From Eledone cirrhosa (lineage: Eukaryota): DNA of 64,000 bases. The stretch's first letter is position 1. Every line of letters starts with the position of its first letter. Shown here one piece after another: positions 26,928 to 40,148 of this stretch. The notes below the pieces were generated by a model. The model was not told where the DNA came from. It saw only the letters and a list, made by a program, of their open reading frames with translations, and searched no databases. The stretch spans positions 250,046,001 to 250,110,000 of the forward strand of contig OZ024743.1 in the NCBI GenBank assembly GCA_964016885.1, given 5' to 3'. Both the position numbers and the translations under genes were made by a program.

Positions 26928-27100
26928 TGTTTCTACTTTTGGCACAAGGCCAGCAATTACCCCAGTACATTACTGGTACTTTATCGACCCCGTAAGGATG
27001 AAAGGCAAAGATAACCTCAGTGGGATTTGAACTCAGATCATAAAGAGCCGTAACTCTATGCTGCAAAGCATGGCGTCTGACCCTCTACCGATGCTGCCAA
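26928..27100 (-). mobile_element. SINE family A nested inside a TTAA-MITE copy
   Basis: Same sequence as 8701-8874. It interrupts the MITE motif aaacaccag..aataat^gagaaagtta. Confidence 0.85.
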
Positions 27101-27445
27101 ACCGAGAGAAAGTTAGTTTTATTATTAAATCACTTAAGATTTTCATTTTTAAAATAATTTGAAAATTATTGGTAGTGCCTTTTATTAGAAATATGATAAT
27201 GAATGGGTTGAAGTGTTTATATTTATCTAAAAATTTTCCAACATAATTTCGCATGAGAATCTTTAAGATATGTTCCAAACACCAGCTTGATAATGAGAAA
27301 GTCATTTTATTAAATCTTTGTAAATTTTTTATTATTTTAAAAATTATTTGAAAATTATGAGCTGTAAAGTAATGCCTTCCATTAGAAATAAAGTAATCAA
27401 TAGGAGGTGGGTGGAGATTTTCCTAGCAACAATTGAATTTAATTA

Positions 27446-27943
27446 CTGTATATACTTGATAAGCCAATCAAAGTATAAGCTGACCCCCTATGTCTGAGAA
27501 ATGGGCAACAATCCAAACCCCATGTATAAGCTGAGGTAACTACTCAACACAACGGTTTAGATAGCACAGTTCTGAAATTCTCATGAGTGGAGAATATATT
27601 TATGAAGTTTTAATATTTAAAATGTTTTAAGTGTTGTTTAAGTGTTGTTTAGTTTTTGTTTCAGAACTCCATTACATAATGATTTTTTTACCAATTTCTG
27701 ATTGTTTTGAAGGCAATATTCATTCAAAACACATCAAAAACAATACAAAAAGTGAATTTTATGTTGAAAGTAAAATGTAATATTCACCTCCAAACTGAAA
27801 ATATTTCATCACCTCATTTACTTGGGTTTTAATGTTGAAAATTGACAAAATATTGACCTCACATATAAGCCGCCTCCCACATATATTTTTCCATTAATGT
27901 TTTTGTTACACATTTCTTGGCTTACGTATGAGTATATATACAG
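27446..27943. mobile_element. Non-autonomous Tc1/mariner (Tc2/pogo-like) element
   Basis: TA|CTGTATATACT...AGTATATATACAG|TA termini, with internal repeated TATAAGC(C/T)G motifs. Confidence 0.7.
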
Positions 27944-28664
27944 TATTTATTGGTAGTGGTAGGTTGTTGAGGGTGTTGGGTGACTGAAAATTTCTTTTGG
28001 CAAATGTAATTATGAAAGACAACTAATTTGTAAATGGATAAGGTTTTCTTTTATCAATTAGTTTAGTGGTGACATCATCACCACCATCTTCATCAACATC
28101 ATCATCATTACTACTATCACCATCACCACAACCACCAACACCATCCTTATCGTCATCATTACTATTATCACCATCACTATCATCATCACCACCACTACCA
28201 CCATTGTTATCATCATCGATCGTCATTAATATAGTATCCATCAGACGTTTATTAAATTTTGGTTATATTCTGTTAGCAGTTGCCTAAATTACTCTAAATA
28301 GGCTGCTGTCGATTTGTGGTAATAATGACTTTAACAATTTAAAGAGATTAGTCACAATTAATGGGTCTTTTGTCATTGTTTCTGTTTCTACCAAGGACAG
28401 ATACAACTTTTAACCTCCTGTCTTACATGAGACTGCATTAACAAGGCACTCTTAAAAAGTACAAATCATCACTATAATTACATCACATTAAAAATTGAAG
28501 TCCTTATTACTGCAGATTTTCACAACGATCTGTCTGCTGATAAAAATGATATATATATATATATATGAATTAATAAAGCAGTTTTCGGATATTTTCTACT
28601 AAATCATTACAGGATGCTAAAAGTTAATAAAAGTACATACATTCATGGAATTCTGTAAAATAAT

Positions 28665-28824
28665 TGTTTCTACTTTTGGCACAAGGCCAGCAAATACCCA
28701 GTGCATTACTGGTACTTTATTTTATCAACCCCGTAAGGATGAAAGGCAAAGTTAACCTCAGCAGGATTTGAACTCATATCATAAAGGGCCATAACTCTTT
28801 GCTGCAAAGCATGGCATCCGACCC
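28665..28824 (-). mobile_element. SINE family A, slightly 5'-truncated, with 13-bp TSD
   Basis: Homologous to 8701. TSD tctgtaaaataat at 28652-28664 and 28825-28837. Confidence 0.88.
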
Positions 28825-30185
28825 TCTGTAAAATAATGGAAGGAATTGTTTTGTTTTGCCATTTATATCTATTTTTCTTAGCTTGACTCAATTTTTGGAC
28901 TATGGATATGGACTCTGTAAGTTGTAGCAAAGGCAACCTGCCTAAGAAAACAGTTACTCAGAATAAATACTTGTGTGGAGAAGCGATAGGTTCCCATAAG
29001 TTGTAGAGAAGGCAACCTGTCTAGTAGAGCAGTTATTCAGAATAGGTACTTGTGTGGAGAATCAGTGGGCTCCTGTAAACTGTAGTGAAGACAACCCATC
29101 TAGGAGAGCAGTATAAAAGTGAGAGCTGAATAAAAGTGTACATTGAGAATTGAGCTCCAGTAAGTTGTGGTGAAGGCAAACTATCTTGTAGAATAGTAAC
29201 TTTGAATAAATACTGCAGATAAGATATCTAGCACTAACAATAATTGTTCCCACAAAAACATGGGTGAGGTGGGGGGGGGGATGGTTGTAAAACAATAAAA
29301 ATGGCAGAACAGCAGTTCTACCTAGATCGTTTATTTTTATGAGCAGTTCTGTGAACCAGCATCAATCACTGTAAAGGTTTCAGATGTATCGATAGGGTGG
29401 GGCATAAAATGGCATAATATTAATAATGGTTATGCCAAGAGAATTAATGATGTAAGTGAAGTTAGTAGAAGAGCCAGAAGCAAAGAATTAAAGCCATATT
29501 GCAGATTGGACTTGTCAGATTTGACTTCACACATAACAAAAAATCTCTGCCATAAACAGAAGATTGATAACTAATTCCCAGGTAGATCAACCAAAATATA
29601 AAAAAAAAATCAGGTTATATCTGATAGAAAGGTGCTTGTAAAAGAGTTTTTTGTTTTATTTCTTTGCAATTAGGGCAAAGATCTTCACTAATCACTCATT
29701 GCGATACTTTTACATATTACTATGATTACTAACAGTAACAAAGTAGTGAATTGGCAGAGGTTGTTTGACAGAATGCTTGGTGTGATATTGTTCTTATTTT
29801 ACGTATTCTGAGTTCAAATCCTGCCAAGGTCAAAGTTGCATTTTCTCCTTCTGATAAATAATGTCAATAAATGAAATAACCATACATTCAGTGTCAAATG
29901 TGGAAGAAAGCTGGACCTTTGAATTACAAGTACAATCCATCAGACAGGTTTCCTCACTGTTTCTCTCTATCTAGTTTCACACACAAAACCCAACCTGAGG
30001 GTATGTTAAAAGATAATGTTTATATGTAATTTGGACAATGTGTAAGAGGAAACTAAGAAGTCTTCTCAAAGTTTTCTATGACTGGATGTACTGGCTGCAT
30101 TACACACATATATATAGTGATAGATAGATAAATATTGGATAGTGTTTATGTATAATTTGGATTGTATGTACATATAAGTTCTATA

Positions 30186-30234
<49 letters not shown>

Positions 30235-30702
30235 GAGTATTTGTTGTCGTCTTCTGAATAAGGCCTACATGTAATCTACAATGTTTGTTCATTGTCTTTC
30301 CTTTGTAAATCAAATGAGATCCCACTCTGAAACAGAATTAATTTTGTGTATTATTGGATGAGAAAGGGTCCACCTCATATAATTCCACTTGTGTTGCCTT
30401 CTTGTAAGAGTGAGCTTAATAAATTCCTTTTTTATATTATTCTCCTTTAGTTAAGCCCTCATGCACCAATCTCTCTCTTCCTTTTCACAATGGATTGTAG
30501 CATTTTTTCTTTTACCCTTTTTTTCATCTTTATTTGTGTAATTCACCAAAAGGCATAAGTTGTCTTGTTTTTGTTGTGTCCCCCATATGCACTGGGATGG
30601 AAAGTATCAAACTTAATGTGCTGAAACTGTAAGGATTTCTAGAGGGTAACTGAGGAAATGGGACTATCTGTTGTTTTTGTCCTTTACATCCCCCTCTTTT
30701 GG

Positions 30703-30782
<80 letters not shown>

Positions 30783-31236
30783 ATGTGTGTGTGTGTGTGT
30801 GAGTGAATGTGTATATATATAATATATCATTGACTTATATAATGTAATCAATGTTTTTTCATGAAGAGGCTTTCCATTACAATAAATAACATTCCAATCA
30901 ATGAAAATGCAACATGTAGGAGATAAATGGAACTTAGACTAAAGAAGAAGTAAATAGCAATACAGTAATATGACCACTGTTACAAAAGATATTGAAATAA
31001 TAACAAAAAAGGTTTAATAAGTTCATAATTAATATTACAGTAAACAGTTGGTATGTAATACTGTAACATGCCCATTTTTTCGTTCTGGGGGCTTATGCAC
31101 CGTTATTCGACTATTTTCTGTTATCAAACATATGGTGAAAGCTACTAATTTAATTCAATTTTCATCTATATATAAATAAAATTAGAATTTTATTAGAATT
31201 TTATTTCTTGATAGTCATATATATATATATATATAT

Positions 31237-31454
31237 ATCATCATTTCATTTCATCATTTCATTTTACGTCCACTTTTCCCTGCTTGCAAGGGTGGGACAG
31301 GAACTGATTCTGGCTTGATTTCTACAGCTGGATGCCCTTCCTAACACCAACCTCATTTACAGTGAGTGCTGGGTGCTTTTTTTGTTGTGGCGCCTACACG
31401 TTCACTTTGCAGTGGAATGATAGGGAACCCAATCCCAATCATCTCATTTCTACA
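31237..31454 (-). mobile_element. 5'-truncated SINE family B (RTE-tail part), TA-flanked
   Basis: Near-identical to 44163-44375. Confidence 0.85.
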
Positions 31455-31948
31455 TATATATATATGCAGGAGTAACGTGATATCACATCTTAAAGATAAA
31501 TTCATTGGATTAATGCTCAGGTTTTTTATGTATATAGACATATTTCTATATGTTGAAAATGGAGCATAAGTAAAATGCTTGCAATTTTCTTTTTTCATAT
31601 TTAGCCTGTTGAAACTTGTGTAAGACAAACAAAACATCTTAAATGTCTTCATGGAGAAGGGTTGAGCAATGGGTCTTGCAACTTTTTCTTACAGAAAAAC
31701 ACCTTAATATACTACTGAAGCCCTCCAAAGATGGCCAAATGCACAGTAGAGCATGGAATGGAAATGAAGAAGAATGAAGCAACATTGATGAAGATGAAAA
31801 AAAAAGAAGTAGGAATAAGAGAAGTGATATAACAAAGAACAATTCATTGTGGAAAAATACAATTTATGAAAAAAAATAATCAAGCAGCTATGTGTAATTA
31901 AAATGATTATTTTTTATATTTTGTTAAATAAAAAAATGAAATAATTAC

Positions 31949-31983
31949 CTTTTAAGCAAAATCATTGAAAGTGGACAGCTTAC
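31949..31983 (-). other. Candidate recursive splice site with a 35-nt RS-exon
   Basis: Minus strand: ttttctgtatttttCAG|GTAAGCtgtccactttcaatgattttgcttaaAAG|GTAATT. Confidence 0.35.
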
Positions 31984-32747
31984 CTGAAAAATACAGAAAA
32001 TATAACTGTTTTTAATAAGATGACGATATTTGATATGCTTTATAACAAAAATATACAATAGTATTGATAACAATGATGAAGGAGATAATAGAAGATTGTA
32101 GTATTGACTTGAATTGATAGGGATGTCACTTGATAATATAATAATCATATATTTTGTATGTGCGCATGTGTGTGAGAGAGGAATTATTCTGTGGTTACAG
32201 AACTGCTGTCCTAAGTATGATGATCATGATAGAACAAGATAAATTAATGAGAGTTAACCTGATGCATAATGTCCTAGAATATAGTGGTTCAATAAAAAAT
32301 AGATGGGTAATTAAAATAATGTAAAAAATAAGTATCAAATGTGAAAACAAAACGACAAATAAAAAGTAGGTACAGGTGTCGATATGATCAACAAAATCAC
32401 TTCAATGTAGTGCTCCAGCTTGGCTGCAGACTAATGAATGAAACCAGTAAAAAAAAAAAGAAAAGATAACAGAGTATTAGAGTATCTGATGAGCCAACCT
32501 TTAGTAGATGGTACTCAAACAAGCTATTTCACAATCCTTGAAAGAAAAACTGGAAATTTTTCAGACTTTTTATTAATTAGTAATTATTATCGTTATTATT
32601 TTTTTTAAATGTAATATCAAACTTGACACTTGATATCATCTGTGGCATCATTCACTCACCTTATTTGTATATGTATGTATATACATAAATAAATACATAT
32701 ATATATAGAATCATCATCATTTAACATCCATCTTCCATGCTATCATG

Positions 32748-32798
<51 letters not shown>

Positions 32799-32803
<5 letters not shown>

Positions 32804-32993
32804 AACGAGTAGGACCCCGACGGCTGAGCTCAAGCCGTTCTGATGGCTAATTCTGGACCCAGAATTAGCCGTCGAAACGGCTTGAGCTCAGCCGTCGGGG
32901 TCCTACTCGTTCCTATTACCCACTCTACTACCCTAAGTATTGAGTACTTTGGTGCGTTATGGTCCGCCTGGTTCCTTACCACATTTCCTTCGT
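32799..32993 (+). mobile_element. Short Penelope-like 3' fragment with partial hammerhead and fold-back (inverted) 5' end, inside (TA)n
   Basis: 32799-32916 is a near-perfect inverted repeat. The right arm contains GAAAC-GGCT(tgagctc)AGCC-GTC, i.e. hammerhead stem III and a GUC triplet. GC-rich island between TA tracts. Confidence 0.65.
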
Positions 32994-33015
32994 TATATAT
33001 ATATATATGTATCTA

Positions 33016-33068
<53 letters not shown>

Positions 33069-33924
33069 ATATATATATACATACATGTGCATATAGCCAT
33101 ACATATACATACATCCGCACTTATATTATATATATATATGCATCTCTCTCTCTATATATATTAAAATTCTCAACATTACCATATTGACTTCTGCTATAAT
33201 ATCATATATGGAAATCTTCTAATAATACCAATAACTAACATTTTTTTTCACCTTATTTTTGTCTTGCTAATGAACTTTGCAGACATATTTGTTAGAGTTG
33301 CGATCAATTTACAAAAAAAAAAAAAAATAATAATAATAATAATAAAATAAAATAAAATAAAATAAAATAAAATAAAACTAAATAAAATAAAGGAATAAAA
33401 TAATTTTTGAAAAATTGATATAATTTTTAATTTGAAGGAATAACAAAGAAAGAAGACTAGCAAAAACGAACACAAGATATTAAGAAAGAAAGAAAATAAG
33501 CATCCTTTAAATCAAGTGAAACCTTTTATAAATCTGTTGCATATGCTAGTTATCTCGCTTTGATATCTCTCCATCCCTCCTCTTTTCCCCTTCATACATA
33601 CAAATAACCACAATTTATCATATTTTTGTTGTTTTTGCACCATTTAAAAAAATATATATTTGTGTAAATTTTCATATTTTACTCTTTAAAATTTTTAAAA
33701 TATATTTTTTATCTAATTTAATGTATTTTATTTTTTTTTGTTTAATTTCTTTATTCATTTCAATATTGCTGGGCACCATCTTCCAGAGATTTGTCGATCA
33801 TATTGATACCAGTTCTGTTTCATCAACCTGGTACTAATTTTATCATGCTTTTTTGCCAAATTGATAGACAGTCACAGGCACAACAGCAAAACATGAGTGC
33901 ATACACACATATGCATATATACAT

Positions 33925-33995
<71 letters not shown>

Positions 33996-33998
<3 letters not shown>

Positions 33999-35479
33999 GC
34001 TCTTAGAAAACTAGGAGTAGATGAATGGCTTGTGAAAGCGGTACAAGCCATGTATAGGGGAGCAGTCAGCAAAGTTAGGATTAGCAATGAGTATAGCGAG
34101 GAATTTAGCGTACAGGTTGGGGTCCACCAGGGCTCTGTTCTTAGCCCTCTCCTGTTCATCATAGTCCTGCAGGCAATAATGGAGGAGTTTAAGACCGGAT
34201 GCCCATGGGAACTCCTGTATGCTGATGACCTCGCACTCATAGCTGAATCTATGGTAGAACTAGAGAATAAATTCCAAACCTGGAAGCAGGGACTAGAGAG
34301 AAAGGGCCTCAAAGTCAACATGACAAAGACTAAGGTCCTTATAAGTAGACGAGAAAACAGAACCCAGATCCCCTCAGGGAAATGGCCTTGCTCAGTATGT
34401 AGGAAAGGTGTAGGTAGGAACTCCATTCTCTGCCCCAAATGCAAACAATGGGTACACAAGAGATGTAGCGGGATCTCAGGAAGCTTAATTAAGAATGTAG
34501 GATTCACATGCAGCAGCTGTGCTGAAACAGCAAGCAAACAGCCACAGGAAACAAGTACCACCAATCTCTGGGAGGGCCCTGTAGAAACAGTAGACAGCTT
34601 CTGCTACCTAGGTGACCGAATTAGCAACGGAGGTGGGTGCTCAGAAAGTACAATAACTAGGGTAAGAACGGGATGGAAGAAGTTTAGGGAACTACTACCA
34701 CTGCTAGCTGCAAAAGGCTTCTCCCTCAGAATGAAAGGCAGACTGTATGATGCGTGTATCCGAACAGCGATGTTGCATGGTAGTGAGACCTGGGCGCTGA
34801 AGGTGGAAGACTTACGTAGATTAGAGAGAAACGAAGCCTGCATGCTCCGATGGATGTGTAACAGTAATATACGTGAACGACAAAGCATAAAGGAATTGAG
34901 AGAGAGACTGAGCATAAGAGGAATCAAATGCTGCGTGCAGGAGAGGCGGTTACGCTGGTATGGACATGTGATGCGTATGAAGGATGACAGCTGCATAAAA
35001 AGGTGCAGAGCACTAGAAGTTGATGGAAACCGCGGAGTGGGGAGACCCAAGATGACTTGGGATGAGGTGATAAAAGCCGACCTTACCCAACTACACCTCT
35101 CAAAGTCAATGACACACGACCGTGACTTCTGGCGTCACGCAGTAATACAGGGTACCCGACCTCCCATGGGTACATGCTGAAGCATATAAACAATATGCCC
35201 CCACTCCCCCCACCGCAAGGTGGTCGTGGAGGTGCCTCGGCAAAAAAGCACCCAGCCCACACTGTAAAGTGGACGTGTAGGCGCCACGAAAAAGCACCCA
35301 GCACTCACTGTAAATGAGGTTGGTGTTAGGAAGGGCATCCAGCTGTAGAAATCAAGCCAGATCAGTTCCTGTATGAGCAAGGCATGGTCAGCCGACCAGA
35401 CACTGCCCACAACAGGACAACCCGTCTAACCCATGCTAGCGTGGAAGAACGGACGTAAAACGGTGATGATGATGATGAT
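33996..35479 (+). mobile_element. Young RTE LINE, 5'-truncated copy (RT C-terminal half, PHD, C-terminus, 3' UTR, (GAT)5 tail)
   Basis: Open frame 33996-35180 with GVHQGSVLSP, YADD and the PHD. Only a few substitutions from the 50.5-53.9 kb copy. The 5' end abuts (TA)n. Confidence 0.97.
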
Positions 35480-36074
35480 ATATATAAATATATATGTATA
35501 TATATAATTCTTAAAGCCAGTTACTACAATGGTGCCAACGTACATTTTGTTGGGTTGAATGACCAACTTTTTCAACCAGTGCTGATGGAATTGAATCAGA
35601 TTATATATATAACACTATTTAACGTCCATTTTCCATGCTAGCATGGGTTAGACGAGTTGTCTTATTTGAAGCAAGTCAAGGTCAGATGAAAAATGAATTG
35701 AGTAAAGTTGTACCACCAATTTTCAAGCTCAATGTGGTTTCAACAATAATCCTTATGGAACCAGGAATTAAACTTTGGGTAAAACTATCCAAAATGTTAT
35801 ACAAATGTAGGTGTATAGTGCATTTAAATAATAAATACATATGAATGAAGAAATAAACCAATAAAATGTTATAAATTTCTTCATTTTTGTGTATTTATGA
35901 TAAAGTTGATTAGCCAAAACAGCTCGAGCTCAAGGTTGATTCTCTACCTTGTTAATATACCTACTCTGCATTCCACAATGCATCGAGTACCATTGGCTTC
36001 CAAATACTGTTGGTTTCCCAGTTATTATACTACAGACACTCAATATGCATGTATATATATATATGAACAAACAC

Positions 36075-36133
<59 letters not shown>

Positions 36134-36507
36134 GCCATGCTTACACCTTCATTTATTTTATTTTTTATATTTTATTTTTTATTTTTAGTATTTTTTTTAA
36201 CAGGAAAGATATATATTTTTTCAAATTCATAGTGTTTAAATATAAAAAGATGAGAAAAAAGTAATGAAAAGAGATATTATTATTAACTCGTCGATATATT
36301 TTATAGATTTCTCAAAATGTGTAAAATTGAGCAGAAATTTTAAACTGAAATCATATACACCTCACTGCTGTGCTTGGTTATATATTTATATATATATATG
36401 CATATATATATATGTATATATATATAGATATATATGTAATATATATGTATATGCATATATATATATGTATATATATATAGATATATATGTAATATATATG
36501 TATATGC

Positions 36508-36554
<47 letters not shown>

Positions 36555-38420
36555 ATGTATGTATATATATAAATGTGTATATATGTTATCATTATTATCC
36601 ATGTATATTATTAGAACTGTTACAAAGTTACAAGGTGGCATACAATAACAGAAATTAGAGACATTGATTAAAAAATAACAGGAGATAAAAAAAGCAATGC
36701 ATAGCCAGGTTTAGATTCAAAATATTACACACACATATATATATATGTATATATATATATATATGTATTTATATATTCATATACGCACATACATAAAAAA
36801 AAAATATATATATACACATATTCATATATGCATACATATCCATGTGTGCATGTGTGTGTGTACATATAATTTAAAAAAAAACACACAATAAAATTGTAAA
36901 TTAAAAAAAAATCTATATAAAAATTAAAAATGTATTTTTGAAAAATACAATACAAAGTAAAAATATTTTTAAAATATGAAAATTCTTTTATTTTTGACAT
37001 AAATCAATTTTTTATGTAAAAAAATACAAAAGTGAAAAATTTGATCTTAGTGGAGACTAGATGAAGGATATTGCGAAATAGCTGCTGATACTCTACTACT
37101 ACGACTACTAAGACCAACGTTACTGCTACTACTACTAATGCTGCTGCTACTGTCACAACCATCACTATCACTGCTACAGTTACTACCACCACCACCACCA
37201 CCACCATCATCACTATTTCTCCTGTGTTCTATGTTGAGACAAAGTTTATTTTGAGATATGTAAATATAACATCACTTATGTGATGTTAGTATTTAACACC
37301 ACACATGGGTGCATGTGTGGTGTGTGTCTTGTGTGTGGTGCACTTGTGTGTGTAGTGCTATTTCCATATTGTGTGAGTTTATTTTAAATTAAATGCTGGA
37401 ATCTGTTACATGAGATGTCATCAACGCTCTTGTGTCTTAGATTTCTCTTTAAATCTTCAATTTAATGTGGCTGAATGGATAGGTTGCCTATCAATTTTTA
37501 CAGATCTTCAGTTCAATTCCAGTTGTTGTATTCCTCCCTTTAGTCTTTCATGTATTTCAAATTTCTGTTTAACCCTTTCATCACTTTTCTAAGAAGACAC
37601 TACCTATGATCTTCACTTAGTTTTGAAAATAATAAATAATTCTGAGAGTATTTAATAACATTACTAAATTTCGTCTTATTAACCATTTCCTTTTCACATT
37701 AGAAATGAAAGACACTGTCTATGATTTCCATAAATTTTTTAAAATAATAGTCAAGAATTTGGAGAGAATTAGTAATATAACTAACTTTTTCATTACGAAG
37801 CTTGTGTTTGAAATAGAAAAAATATAACCTAACAAAGGTTCTATTATAAAATTATGATTGAAGATTTTTAGATAAATATAAACACTTCAAAACAGTTTTG
37901 GGTAGTTTGGTATCAAAAGAGTAAAACATACCTCACTTTTGTGTTTCTGTATATTTTAGACTTTTGTTTAACATATTGATATCAAAGAACCTGAAACTAA
38001 CCTTGGTTCTACAATAAAAAAGCTGTTTGTTCTTTAGGTGTTTGATTTTATCTAAAAATCTCCTATCATAATTTTATAAAAGAACCTTTCTTAAGTTATG
38101 TTCTAAACCCTGGATAAATAACAAGATAGTTATATTTGGATTATTTTCAAAATATTTAAAAATCACTGGCAGAAATATGGTAATGAAAGGGTTGAAGTGT
38201 TTATATTTATCTAAAAAAACTTCTATCATAATTTTATGTGAGAACCTTTGTCAAGTTATCTTCCAAGCACCAGATAAATAACAAGAAATTAGATATTTTA
38301 CTAAATCCCTCCAACTTATTGACTATTTTCAAAGGTATTTGAAATTCATAGCCACTAATATGGCTGAATGAATAAAGTATTTAGATTAGTGACACAGAAA
38401 CGTTGAGTTTAATCACAGTT

Positions 38421-38650
38421 ATAGTAGACCTCTATATATTACTTTTATAGTAGACCTCTATATATTACTTTTATAGTACACCTCTATATATTACTTTTAT
38501 AGTACACTTCTATATATTACTTTTATAGTACACTTCTATATATTACTTTTATAGTACACTTCTATATATTACTTTTATAGTACACTTCTATATATTACTT
38601 TTATAGTACACTTCTATATATTACTTATATAGTACACCTCTATATATTAT
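38421..38650. repeat. 26-bp minisatellite (atagtacacttctatatattactttt), ~8.8 copies
   Basis: Units start at 38421, 38447, 38473 ... 38629. A degenerate remnant continues after the CR1 insert (~39112-39133). Confidence 0.95.
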
Positions 38651-39110
38651 ATGGGCATGGATTCATTGAAGCTCCGACGTCTGGCAATGGACTTGGTAAA
38701 TACCCACAAAGTTATTAACCATCTCGCCAACAACAACCCTGGGCACCTTTTTGATCTCCATGTGTCTAACACACGTGGACATGCCTACAAAATCAGAAAA
38801 CAGCACAGCTCCCATGACTTTCGTAAACATTTTTTCACGCTCAGAGTTGCTGAAGCATGGAACAAACTGCCTGCGTCAGTTGTTAGCTGCCGAGACACTG
38901 CATCCTTTAAGACACTCATGCTTCCCGAAATACGCCAAAACTACACCTGATGTACCCCTTCCATACACATGCACACATGTGTGTATCATGACTCATGCAC
39001 TGTTCATTTTCCTGATGTTTGTACATTACCCTATGTTCTATACATACACTTTTTGATGAGTTGTAGTGCACCTGAGCACTGTACACAATATTTCATTATT
39101 ATTATTATTA
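38651..39110 (+). mobile_element. CR1-clade LINE 3' fragment with (ATT)n tail
   Basis: Open frame ...LRR...DL...TRGHAYKI...RKHFFTLRVAEAWNKLPASVV is the CR1 C-terminal signature. 3' UTR stem gtgc-acctga-gcac, then an ATT tail. Confidence 0.9.
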
Positions 39111-39504
39111 TATTATTAATTTTATAGTAGACCTGAATAGTGAACCTCTAAATATCACAGTTATAGTACACATACAAACACAAATGCAAACACATACAAG
39201 CATATATAATCAACCACAGACATACACACATACACATACACACACATAAACACATAATCACACACATATATAACCACATACAGACATATTCTTTGCATCC
39301 AGAACTTCGTATCATTTGTTTGACTGCAGCCATCCTGGAGCATCACCTCCAAGGGATTCTGTCAATCTTGTCAACTCCAGTATTCAAAACAAACGAGTGT
39401 TTGTGTAAGGTTGGATAAAAGTCTGGAAAATTCTGTAGAATTTTGCCTCAGAAAATTTAATTCAACTCATGCCAGGAAGGAAATGCAAAGGTGAAATGGA
39501 CGGT

Positions 39505-40041
39505 AATAACGATGATGATCATGTTGATGATGGTAGTGATGGTAGTGATGGTGATGTTGATGGTGGTGAGAGTGATGGTAGTGATGGTAGTGATGGTGAT
39601 GTTGATGGTGGTGATGGTGATGGTAGTGATGGTAGTGATGGTAGTGATGGTGATGGTGGTGAGAGTGATGGTAGTGATGGTAGTGATGGTGATGATGATG
39701 GTGGTGAGAGTGATGGTAGTGATGGTAGTGATGGTAGTGATGGTGATGGTGGTAAGAATGATGGTGGTGATGGTGGTCGTGATGATGATGGTGAGAAAGA
39801 TGGTGGTGATGGTGGTCATGATGATGATGATGATGGTGAGAATGATGGTAGTGATGGTGGTCATGATGATGGTGATGGTGGTAAGAATGATGGTGGTGAT
39901 GGTGGTCGTGATGATGATGTGGTGATGAGAGTGATGGTGGTGATGGTGGTCATGATGATGATGATGGTGATGAGAGTGATGGTGGTGACGGTGGTCATGA
40001 TGATGATGATGATGGTGAGAATGATGGTGGTGATGGTGGTC

Positions 40042-40072
<31 letters not shown>

Positions 40073-40148
40073 GTATAATAGTAGTGATGATGGTGATGAT
40101 GATGATGGTAGTGATGGGGGGGGGGTGAGAATGATAGTAGAGATGATG
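39505..40148. repeat. (GAT/GGT)-based compound microsatellite with higher-order units
   Basis: Direct inspection. Confidence 0.95.

Noticed and set aside
38421-38650. Regular repeats suggestive of a CRISPR array
   Set aside because: Head-to-tail units without spacers in a eukaryotic context; this is a minisatellite.
39469-40128. Asp/Gly/Ser-rich ORF resembling a biomineral protein
   Set aside because: Begins within an RTE-like 3' end and runs through its expanded GAT/GGT tail; shifts frame into poly-Met/Val.
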